DNA of 55,234 bases from assembly GCA_045606685.1 (NCBI GenBank), contig JAZUSJ010000140.1:1-55234 (forward strand), in the 5' to 3' direction. The notes under the pieces were generated by a model that saw only the letters and a program-made list of their open reading frames with translations, had not been told where the DNA came from and did not search any database. The translations under genes were made by a program, and so were the position numbers. This DNA comes from Eubacteriales bacterium. GTDB lineage: Bacteria > Bacillota > Clostridia > Oscillospirales > CAG-272. Positions 26,942 through 34,076 of the stretch are shown in pieces. Each line of letters opens with the position of its first letter. Position 1 is the first letter of the stretch.

Positions 26942-27625
26942 TTATTTTTTCGTGATATGCCAGCAATCAAAGGTTTTTCCACTTCCGGTGTTTCTTGCGC
27001 TGTACCCGGCGCGGTCGAAAATCGACCAGAAACAACTTGATCCGACGCCGCCCTCAAAATAAGGAATTGCGCCATACCCGGACCCATAACCGATAAATTC
27101 ACGGTACGTCTTTCCCGCCTCTATTGCGTTGTCGGCCATGCTATAAAGCACTTTCAGCACGGTTTTTTGATCGTTCAGGGCGCCGGCAATCGCTGCGCTT
27201 TCTTTGTCATAACCGCACCCGCTTGCATGCCCTACCGACCGACGCCCGGCCGGGAATGTACAAACAGTTGCGGTCGGATTGTATCCCCATAGCCGCGACT
27301 TTGCCCACTCAACCGAAACAGTCAGATCTTCCAGATCCCCGGCCGCCGCAACAGATTCAATTTTTTCCAGGGATTCAGCGATCCGCTTTTCCGTTGCTTT
27401 TTTCGCTCTTGCGGTTGCAAGGGCCACGGCCTTTTCCCGGCTGATTTTCCCGTCGGTGTATTGCTTCCAGCGCAAATCCGTTGAATAGCGTCTGATCCCG
27501 TTATCGCTCTTTATTTTTTCTTCGGGCCGCCATGATTCGCAAAAACCGTTTTCAATATATCCCAGGGCTTCCGCAAGGCGCTTTTCCTCTTCCGTGATGA
27601 CTGCGTTTTTCAGATTTTCAAACAT
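26942..27625 (-). CDS. Hypothetical protein (227 aa) with conserved-looking ASGCGYDKES and GYGSGYG motifs
   Basis: ACAGGAGGTATAAAAA-ATG; I do not recognise a family. Confidence 0.6.
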   Translation of the reverse strand: MFENLKNAVITEEEKRLAEALGYIENGFCESWRPEEKIKSDNGIRRYSTDLRWKQYTDGKISREKAVALATARAKKATEKRIAESLEKIESVAAAGDLEDLTVSVEWAKSRLWGYNPTATVCTFPAGRRSVGHASGCGYDKESAAIAGALNDQKTVLKVLYSMADNAIEAGKTYREFIGYGSGYGAIPYFEGGVGSSCFWSIFDRAGYSARNTGSGKTFDCWHITKK

Positions 27626-27649
27626 TTTTTATACCTCCTGTTTTTTCAT

Positions 27650-27680
27650 GCCCGCCGCCGGTTGACGGCGGGCGTTTTTT
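27650..27680 (+). terminator. Rightward-reading intrinsic terminator inside the leftward operon
   Basis: GCCCGCCG-ccggttga-CGGCGGGC followed by G + T6 on the + strand; in the - sense the hairpin is followed by AUGAAAAAAC. Confidence 0.6.
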
Positions 27681-27681
27681 G

Positions 27682-27690
27682 TGTTATAAT
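27682..27690 (+). promoter_or_regulatory. Perfect extended -10 element TGTTATAAT pointing rightward (antisense to 27719..27910)
   Basis: TG at 27682-27683 and TATAAT at 27685-27690; no good -35 is needed for extended -10 promoters. Confidence 0.4.
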
Positions 27691-27718
27691 CAATTTATAG
27701 TATTTAATTTTGTCTGTG

Positions 27719-27910
27719 TTAGCGTTCTGTGGCCTCTTTGAACATCTTGCGAATATCGCGCTTGCTGTACTTGCCAACCAGGCTATAGCAGTATGTTCCG
27801 CAATCTCTTCCAGCGATCTGGACTTCCATAGTCCCAACAGGCTTTCCGCTATCGTCATACAGTCCCCAGATGTTAGCGTAGTTTGTCTGATTGATTAGCT
27901 CTTTAGTCAT
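27719..27910 (-). CDS. Hypothetical protein (63 aa), first gene of the leftward operon
   Basis: ACAGGAGGCAGCGAAAA-ATG. Confidence 0.6.
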   Translation of the reverse strand: MTKELINQTNYANIWGLYDDSGKPVGTMEVQIAGRDCGTYCYSLVGKYSKRDIRKMFKEATER

Positions 27911-27960
27911 TTTTCGCTGCCTCCTGTTTTTTCGTTCGGTTTATTTCCTTTTGTGATTAT

Positions 27961-28056
27961 AGTATAGCAGATAGCTGTACAACTGTAAATAGCAACATTG
28001 CACAAAGATAGTTGTACAATTATATTTTGTTTTGTGTATATTGTACAACTGTAAAT
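27961..28056. promoter_or_regulatory. Divergent promoter/operator region with three TTGTACAA-centred operators
   Basis: TGTACAACTGTAAAT occurs exactly at 27976-27990 and 28042-28056, and the palindrome TTGTACAA at 28012-28019. Leftward promoter: TTTACA (27984-27989 rc), 17 nt, TATACT (27961-27966 rc). Rightward promoter: TTGCAC (27998-28003), 17 nt, TATATT (28021-28026). Confidence 0.7.
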
Positions 28057-28068
28057 GGGGGTTTTAAT

Positions 28069-28347
28069 ATGGCAAAAAATAGCAAAGCAAAGCAGGCGGC
28101 AACGGCGCGATATTTTAATAGAACATATGTTCGTTTTGGTCTCGTTGTCATCCCGTCGGAAATGGACAAAATCAGACAAGCCGCCGCCGCCGCTGGTCAA
28201 TCCGTCAACGCTTATATTTTGACAGCTACAGCCCGCAGAATGGCCGCAGAGGGCTACGAGCTTATCACCACTGTTTCCGCGCTCAAAGCACAGCAGAGCG
28301 CAGCAGAGGCCCCAGGAGAGGCCAAACAGCCGACCACGGAAGAATAG
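28069..28347 (+). CDS. Ribbon-helix-helix (Arc/Mnt/CopG-like) repressor candidate
   Basis: The beta-strand plus two-helix pattern TYVRFGLVVIPSEMDKIRQAAAAAGQSVNAYILTATARRMA; it is adjacent to the palindromic operators. Confidence 0.65.
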   Translation: MAKNSKAKQAATARYFNRTYVRFGLVVIPSEMDKIRQAAAAAGQSVNAYILTATARRMAAEGYELITTVSALKAQQSAAEAPGEAKQPTTEE

Positions 28348-28366
28348 CCGATCCCAGCGCCACAAA

Positions 28367-28406
28367 AGCCCGCCCGAGCTGAAAAAGCCCGAGCGGGCTT
28401 TATTTT
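28367..28406 (+). terminator. Rho-independent terminator after the RHH gene
   Basis: AGCCCGC...GCGGGCT stem followed by TTTATTTT. Confidence 0.8.
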
Positions 28407-28414
28407 GCCCTGAA

Positions 28415-28546
28415 ACGCCCTATACGCCCCAAACGCCCCCGCCGGGAATACCCATCCCATAATTGCACGCGCTCCCGCGTATACGCGCGCAAACAACGCC
28501 AACACGCCCGCCCGCAGTCTGTAACACTGTATAAACGCCCACGCCC
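28415..28546 (+). repeat. C-rich, G-poor tract with six ACGCCC repeats and a 12-bp palindrome
   Basis: ACGCCC starts at 28415, 28424, 28433 (9-bp period), 28504, 28535 and 28541; CGCGTATACGCG lies at 28476-28487. Confidence 0.85.
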
Positions 28547-28649
28547 CCGGCCCGCGTTTCTCGTCGCTCCCGCCCGCGATTTATCCGGGTGCGGTCTACT
28601 GTACTATATCACCATCTACCCAAGAAAATGCACTAAAGCGGTATACAAT

Positions 28650-28929
28650 AGGGAATGGGTGGGACGCTTACCCGGTGCCCGATATGGACAAGGCCGCCAC
28701 CGTTGGCCAGTGCTGACCGTTTCACCCGTCCGGGCATCCTGGAGCCGTTGCGGGCCGTTGCCGCTTCCAGTCTTGCGATTATGTGTAATAATCACAATAG
28801 TAAGAGCGGTTCAGCCGATACCCGCCCCCCCCCGGTTTACAGTTGGGATCGCTGTTTCTTTGCGCTTTATTCGGTATGCTCTTCCTCTTTTACAGATATC
28901 CCTTACGCCGTAGAGGCGTTATTTTTTTA
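28650..28929 (+). ncRNA. Candidate structured non-coding transcript (family unknown)
   Basis: A -10-like TACAAT at 28644-28649, a GC-rich region with many complementary segments, a C9 tract at 28825-28833, and an ACGCC-gtaga-GGCGT + T7 terminator at its end. No SD-led ORF is present. Confidence 0.3.
28903..28929 (+). terminator. Short stem-loop plus long T-tract
   Basis: ACGCC-GTAGA-GGCGT followed by TTATTTTTTT. Confidence 0.55.
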
Positions 28930-29011
28930 CGCATTTTGTGGGGTGGCGAAAATGCACTTGACATGGTATGTTATGCTGATGCCAACGATGAAAGGAGCGT
29001 GAGGCGTTGTA

Positions 29012-29464
29012 ATGGCGAGGGCAAAGAACAGCAACGTCAAGGTTATTGGTAACGTAGAGAGACTTGCGCGTACTGCCGGACTGAGTTACGGGCAGATGGT
29101 AGCGCAGATGAAGGATTCCGGTGATTCTGGAGAGGTATTTCGGAAATGCAAGTGGTGTTACAAGGCGGCGAAGAAGAACAGCGAGTTTTGTTCACGGGCT
29201 TGTCGGAGTGCGTACAAGGCGCAGGAGAAGATTGATTTAGAGCTTGCGGGGAAATACCGGAGGCGGAGCGGTGAAGTCATTGACGTTAGTGCTTGGAGCG
29301 CGATGTTAAACCGTGGCAAGGGAGACAAGTGCATATTCTGCGGGAAGCCGATACCGAAGGGGAGCAACCGTTTTTACTATTGCAGTGCGGAGTGTTCTGT
29401 TTTGGCGCGGCAATTTGGAGTAGACCCTGGCAATTGGAAGAAGAAAGCCGGGGTGAAGGAATAG
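29012..29464 (+). CDS. Zinc-ribbon protein with two FCS-like Cys motifs
   Basis: GAAAGGAG SD; motifs CKWCYK...FCSRACRSAY and CIFCGK...YYCSAECS. Confidence 0.6.
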   Translation: MARAKNSNVKVIGNVERLARTAGLSYGQMVAQMKDSGDSGEVFRKCKWCYKAAKKNSEFCSRACRSAYKAQEKIDLELAGKYRRRSGEVIDVSAWSAMLNRGKGDKCIFCGKPIPKGSNRFYYCSAECSVLARQFGVDPGNWKKKAGVKE

Positions 29465-30151
29465 ATGCTGATGACGAGGCGAGAGAGGGCAAAGAGGCGG
29501 AGGCAAAAACTGATTTTCAATTTTCTGCGCTTCGCGCTTACATTGAGCGTGATCTATTTCTGCATTTTATCCTTTTTCACATGGGAATCTCCCTCAACGC
29601 CATTTTTTTGGACGGATTCGGGGCAATTTGAGGCGAACGGATGTTCTGCCGAGTGTTTGCCCGCCTGCACCAAAAAACCCGCTAAAACGCAATCTGACGC
29701 AAATAACGAGGTAAAGGAGAACTGGCCCATGCTTGACGCGATGATCGAAGACACCTACCTGTGCGCTGACGTACCGTTGGAGTACGACTTACAGAGAGAC
29801 CTATACGGGGCGTGTTTAGAGAGCGGTTTGGAATATGCTGTTGCTTTGGGCGTCATTGAGCAGGAAACGCGGTTTAAGAACGTATCCGGTGACAGCGGTG
29901 CATCTGTTGGGTATATGCAGATTCAAGAGAAGTGGCACAAGGGGCGGATGGAGAAACTGGGCGTAACGGATTTATTTGATCCTGTCGGCAATTTCCGTGT
30001 GGGCTGCGACTATCTGGCTGAGTGTATTGGGAAATACGGCTTAGAGCGCGGCTTGTGCTGTTACAATTCCGGGCGGCCCGGTGAGAGCCGATACAGCAGA
30101 GAGGCCATGGAACGGATTGAAAAGTGGAGGGACGTTATAGGATGGCGTTAA
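29465..30151 (+). CDS. Membrane-anchored lytic transglycosylase (SLT domain)
   Basis: N-terminal TM helix (LTLSVIYFCILSFF). SLT motifs VIEQETRF (catalytic Glu), SVGYMQI and CCYNSG. Confidence 0.75.
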   Translation: MLMTRRERAKRRRQKLIFNFLRFALTLSVIYFCILSFFTWESPSTPFFWTDSGQFEANGCSAECLPACTKKPAKTQSDANNEVKENWPMLDAMIEDTYLCADVPLEYDLQRDLYGACLESGLEYAVALGVIEQETRFKNVSGDSGASVGYMQIQEKWHKGRMEKLGVTDLFDPVGNFRVGCDYLAECIGKYGLERGLCCYNSGRPGESRYSREAMERIEKWRDVIGWR

Positions 30152-30963
30152 GAGATCAGCCGTATTTGCCGTTGTACGTACAAGATTTCATAACTGATGA
30201 AAAACTGTGCTGTTGCAGTTCCTCGGCAAACGGCGTTTACATTTGGCTCATGTGTCTACTGCACAAATGCGAGGATTATGGGTGCATGGAACTGCAAGAT
30301 TGGCAGATTGATGAAACGAAAAGCATCTGCTTTAATTTTGCTTTTCGACTTTCGCGTCAAATGCCATTTGATGTTGAAGATATTGAACGTGCGCTTTCCG
30401 AGCTTTTGAGGAACAGAGTGATCGAAATTGACGGGAAAAAGTTGATGCAGAAGCGCATGGTGAGGGACGGAAACCTTAGTAAAATCAAGGCTTCAGCGGG
30501 AAAAATGGGTGGTAGACCGAAAAAAGCAAACAAAAAGCAAAATGAAAAGCAAAACGAAAGCATAAAAAAAGCAAAACAAAAGCAAAACACTGAAAATGAA
30601 AATGAATATAAATATGAAGATGAAAATAAGAAAAAGAAAGGGGTTTTAGGGGGAAGATTTGACGAGTTTTGGTCTGCATATCCTCGCAAGGTCGGGAAGG
30701 GCGCGGCGAGAAAGAGTTGGGAGAAGATCGAGCCGGACGACATTCTGTTCGAGAAAATCATGGCGTCGGTAGAAGCTGCGAAGCAGAGCAAGGAATGGCG
30801 GAAGGACAACGGCGAGTACATTCCTTATCCTGCCACATGGCTGAACAGAGAGGGATGGGAAGACGATCTGTCCGGTGTTGATCTGAGTTCCGGCGAGAAG
30901 GATGAAACGATGTACGGGCTTGAAGAGGCCATAGAGAGAGCAAGGCGGGAGGCGGGAAGATGA
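30142..30963 (+). CDS. Replication organiser, DUF1376-like N-terminus with low-complexity linker
   Basis: The N-terminus MALRDQPYLPLYVQDFITDEKL...GVYIWLMCLL is DUF1376-like. The C-terminus FDEFWSAYPRKVGKGAARKSWEKI is seen in phage replication proteins. Confidence 0.6.
   Translation: MALRDQPYLPLYVQDFITDEKLCCCSSSANGVYIWLMCLLHKCEDYGCMELQDWQIDETKSICFNFAFRLSRQMPFDVEDIERALSELLRNRVIEIDGKKLMQKRMVRDGNLSKIKASAGKMGGRPKKANKKQNEKQNESIKKAKQKQNTENENEYKYEDENKKKKGVLGGRFDEFWSAYPRKVGKGAARKSWEKIEPDDILFEKIMASVEAAKQSKEWRKDNGEYIPYPATWLNREGWEDDLSGVDLSSGEKDETMYGLEEAIERARREAGR
30520..30650. repeat. Phased A-tract/AAAGCAAAAC-type repeats plus an AT-rich stretch inside the organiser gene (ori candidate)
   Basis: AGCA starts at 30525, 30536, 30548, 30559, 30570 and 30581 (11-12 bp spacing), followed by GAAAATGAAAATGAATATAAATATGAAGATGAAAATAAG. 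Confidence 0.5.
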
Positions 30964-31583
30964 ACATAGCATACAACATGGACTGCCTCGCCGCCATGCG
31001 GGAAATGCCGGACAAGGCGTTCGGACTCGCTTGCGTTGATCCTCCCTATGGAATCAACATAAACAACAATATGGGGCGGCGCAAAGGAGACAAAAAGAGC
31101 GATTATAAAAAGGTTACATGGGATAGCGCACCTCCAACGGATGAATATTTCAAAGAGTTGTTTCGGGTCGCTGACAAAGTAATAATTTGGGGAGGAAATT
31201 ACTTTTCTTTGCCTCCGACAAAATGCTTTCTCGTTTGGCGGAAACCTCAAATCAGCGAAGATGTTTCGTTCTCGATGCTTGAATACGCATGGACAAACAT
31301 AGACGATACATCGAAAGAGTGGATTGGAATGTCAAACGAGCCAGACCGTATTCATCCGACGCAGAAACCTGCAGACTTGTATCGGTGGATATTTAAGAGA
31401 TACGCAAAACCCTGCGACAAAATCCTTGACACGCATCTTGGCTCCGGCTCATCCCGCATAGCCGCCTATGACGCTGGTCTTGACTTTGTTGGCTATGAAA
31501 TCGACAAGGAATACTTCGATAAGCAAGAAGAACGGTTTGCCGCACACACGGCGCAAATGAACTTGTTCATAGATTGGAGGTGA
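30960..31583 (+). CDS. DNA methyltransferase (N6-adenine/N4-cytosine, beta-class motif order)
   Basis: The DPPY motif (ACVDPPYGI) precedes the AdoMet motif (ILDTHLGSGSS); HPTQKP is also present. Confidence 0.85.
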   Translation: MNIAYNMDCLAAMREMPDKAFGLACVDPPYGININNNMGRRKGDKKSDYKKVTWDSAPPTDEYFKELFRVADKVIIWGGNYFSLPPTKCFLVWRKPQISEDVSFSMLEYAWTNIDDTSKEWIGMSNEPDRIHPTQKPADLYRWIFKRYAKPCDKILDTHLGSGSSRIAAYDAGLDFVGYEIDKEYFDKQEERFAAHTAQMNLFIDWR

Positions 31584-31590
31584 ACAAACG

Positions 31591-32514
31591 ATGACAGAAA
31601 ACGATGATTTGCTGGCTGCTATTGAACGCAAGCGTCGGGAAATGCAGATTACGGCGACGGAAACGCCCCGCGCTGGCATTTTAGGGTCTGCGGTGGATAA
31701 AATCACGTCTGCGCCCGTTATCCCGTCAGAGGGCGATTATTTTGACACAGATGGGCTTTTGGTGTGCGGCAAGTGCAACACGCGAAAGCAGAAGCGCATT
31801 GTGATCGGAGACACGGTGATGACGCCGATGTGTCTATGCCGGTGCCAGAGTGAGAAGCTGGCTGACGAAGAGCGTGAGCGCATAAAAAAAGACCGCGCCA
31901 TGGCCCTGCGGTGGATCAAAGACACGGGCTTTTCTGCGCGGGACACCGGGGAATGGATTTTTGCCAACAGCGACGGGAAAAATGCAGGAGTAGAAAAAAC
32001 GGCGCGGAAATACTGTGACAACTTCAGCGACATGAAGAAGGACGGCATGGGATTACTGTTTCACGGGCCGGTTGGCACGGGGAAGACCTTTATTGCCGGG
32101 TGCATTGCGAACGAGCTGGAGGACCGGGGCTGGACATGCTTTTACACATCTATCCCGCGATTGTGTTCGGTGATGATGGACATGAGGGACGGGCGGCAGA
32201 AGTACATTGACGATCTCAACCGTTTCGATCTGCTTGTGCTGGATGATCTTGGCGCTGAGCGTGACACGGAATACATGGGGGAGTTTGTGCAAAGCGTGAT
32301 CGACGCGAGGTACAGGGCGAAGCTCCCGCTTATTGCCACGACGAATCTGACGGAAAGCGAGCTGCAAAATCCGGCTGACGTGCGGAAGAAGAGGCTATAC
32401 AGCCGTGTGATGCAGATGTGTGTCCCCGTGATGGTCAAGGGCGAGGACAGGCGAAAGGGCAAGATGAAAGAAAACCGTGACGCATTTGCGAAACTGTTTG
32501 TGGAGGAAAAATAA
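31591..32514 (+). CDS. DnaC/IstB-like AAA+ helicase loader
   Basis: Walker A (FHGPVGTGKTF) and Walker B (LLVLDDLGAE); N-terminal Cys cluster (CGKCNTRKQ...CLCRC). Confidence 0.85.
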   Translation: MTENDDLLAAIERKRREMQITATETPRAGILGSAVDKITSAPVIPSEGDYFDTDGLLVCGKCNTRKQKRIVIGDTVMTPMCLCRCQSEKLADEERERIKKDRAMALRWIKDTGFSARDTGEWIFANSDGKNAGVEKTARKYCDNFSDMKKDGMGLLFHGPVGTGKTFIAGCIANELEDRGWTCFYTSIPRLCSVMMDMRDGRQKYIDDLNRFDLLVLDDLGAERDTEYMGEFVQSVIDARYRAKLPLIATTNLTESELQNPADVRKKRLYSRVMQMCVPVMVKGEDRRKGKMKENRDAFAKLFVEEK

Positions 32515-32582
32515 AACTGTACTTTACAAAATCAGCGCTGATTATGAAAAAAATGTTGAGTTTTTAAGGAGGAACGGAAAGG

Positions 32583-33014
32583 ATGACGAATCGTGAAGCG
32601 ATTAAACTTTTAGACGAATTAAATATAATGACGTTGTATGATGGCGACAGCATTTGTGATAGTGAATTTGCCGAACCACTTAGAATGGCAATCGCCGCGC
32701 TGGAGAAGCAGGAGGGGAAGAAAGCCGTATGGATTGAAGAAGTTTACGAACGGCATGATTGGCAGATGTGTAAAAATGGCGCCATCGACGATTTTGCTAT
32801 GGAGAGCGGGTATCACAACGGGCCGTTTTGCAAACGGTGTTTTTACTCATTCTGTGTACATTGCGTACAAGATGTTGAAGCAGAACTAAACAAACCGTGT
32901 GATTGCAGCCATTATGAATGCCCTGCTTGCCGCAACTACGTTTCAAAGAACACGAAGATTTGTCCAAAATGCGGCCAGCGTATAGATTGGAGTGACGAAC
33001 ATGGTACTGATTGA
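32583..33014 (+). CDS. Cys-rich (zinc-ribbon) hypothetical protein
   Basis: AGGAGGAACGGAAAGG-ATG; motifs CKRCFYSFCVHC, CPACRNY and CPKCG. Confidence 0.55.
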   Translation: MTNREAIKLLDELNIMTLYDGDSICDSEFAEPLRMAIAALEKQEGKKAVWIEEVYERHDWQMCKNGAIDDFAMESGYHNGPFCKRCFYSFCVHCVQDVEAELNKPCDCSHYECPACRNYVSKNTKICPKCGQRIDWSDEHGTD

Positions 33015-33282
33015 TATGGAGCTTCCAAATAATTGTTTTGACTGTCCGTGCTGTGAAGGGATCAACGGTCGGTGTAATGCCGATAATGAAAGAAGATTCG
33101 TGTATGAATACAGGCCATATTGGTGTCCGCTCAAACCGTTTACCCCGCCCAAACCGCAGATCACAACAAACATCTACGACACCGAAGAAATCCACCACAA
33201 CTGTACCGTGCAAGTGTTACGGAATAGCTTGACAGGAGAAGTGAGCGTGGGTTGGTGGGAAGAGAAGGAGGAGGAAGAATGA
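33001..33282 (+). CDS. Small Cys-rich hypothetical protein
   Basis: ATG chosen inside track ORF 32992..33282; motif NNCFDCPCCEGINGRCNA. Confidence 0.5.
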   Translation: MVLIDMELPNNCFDCPCCEGINGRCNADNERRFVYEYRPYWCPLKPFTPPKPQITTNIYDTEEIHHNCTVQVLRNSLTGEVSVGWWEEKEEEE

Positions 33283-33419
33283 AAGAGTACATCGAACGAG
33301 AAGCGCTTGTCAAAGAGGGGTGGTTTTTACAGCGCACTGTATATAGCAGCGGGAGCATCACCATTGAGAGTAAGCAATTAAAAGATATCCCCGCCGCCGA
33401 TGTGGTTCCGTGGGTTTAA
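33279..33419 (+). CDS. Small hypothetical protein (46 aa), not in the ORF track
   Basis: Own translation: MKEYIEREALVKEGWFLQRTVYSSGSITIESKQLKDIPAADVVPWV. ATGA overlap with the upstream stop; GGAGGAGGAAGA SD. Confidence 0.5.
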   Translation: MKEYIEREALVKEGWFLQRTVYSSGSITIESKQLKDIPAADVVPWV

Positions 33420-33432
33420 TGGGGCTGGCGTG

Positions 33433-33648
33433 ATGGATGGCGGGAGATACGCTGTAAACATTTCAGAACAATGCAGATGGGAAAAAACGGAAAGACAAGA
33501 AGCAATTACAAAACAGGCCGATTTTCTCCGAGATATTCTCAAAGATGCAAAATGCAATTATATTTCCGAACTGCGCGGAAAGCCTGTTGAGGTTGTCATA
33601 AAAGATAATACGTTCAAGAGTTTCCGAATCTTGACGGAGGTATTGTGA
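33433..33648 (+). CDS. Hypothetical protein (71 aa)
   Basis: ATG chosen inside track ORF 33400..33648. Confidence 0.45.
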   Translation: MDGGRYAVNISEQCRWEKTERQEAITKQADFLRDILKDAKCNYISELRGKPVEVVIKDNTFKSFRILTEVL

Positions 33649-34076
33649 TGCGTGATTATAAGGAATTGGTTGGACGGCTGCGCAAGCGAATAGCTTCAAC
33701 TACAGCAGACTTTTCGCTACAAGGTGATTTGCTGGAGGCCGCAGATGCTATTGAAGAGCTGATTGTGGAACGGCGCGGAACCGAAGAGGCCGTCAAGGTG
33801 ATGCAAATGGAGATTGATCGCCTGCTTGCGTCCAGGACGCAGAAGGAGAATGTGGAGAGCAAGTGGATTCCCGTGACAGAGCGGCTGCCGGAAGACAAGA
33901 GAGATGTTCAAATTACCGTTTTTTGGCATGGCGCCTGGAGAACGATGTACGGGTACTACGATGGTGCTTTCTGGTATCTGTATGCCCCTATGCATACGAG
34001 AGTGGCAGATGTAGAAGTTATCGGATGGACGGAAAAGCCAGCCCCTATGCCTTTGCCACCGAAGGAGGAAGAATGA
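33648..34076 (+). CDS. DUF551-like phage protein
   Basis: GGAGG 7 nt upstream. KWIPVTERLPEDKRDVQITVFWHGAW matches the W-I-x-V-x-x-x-LP pattern of DUF551. Confidence 0.6.
   Translation: MRDYKELVGRLRKRIASTTADFSLQGDLLEAADAIEELIVERRGTEEAVKVMQMEIDRLLASRTQKENVESKWIPVTERLPEDKRDVQITVFWHGAWRTMYGYYDGAFWYLYAPMHTRVADVEVIGWTEKPAPMPLPPKEEE

Noticed and set aside
27710-27898. Hydrophobic 62-aa + strand ORF downstream of TGTTATAAT as a type I toxin-like peptide
   Set aside because: It has a TTG start with no SD, whereas the opposite-strand 63-aa gene has a strong AGGAGG SD and fits the operon. I keep only the antisense-RNA possibility.
28655-29002. Track ORFs (115, 84 and 69 aa) inside the 660-bp non-coding block
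   Set aside because: They have no SD, their sequence is Pro/Arg/Cys-rich and odd, and they run through a terminator-like hairpin. I treat the region as non-coding.
30520-30650. Possible CRISPR-like or other repeat array (also considered for 42226-42312)
   Set aside because: The units are 11-12 bp or 24 bp with no spacers of unique sequence, and they lie in-frame inside genes. No cas genes are present.
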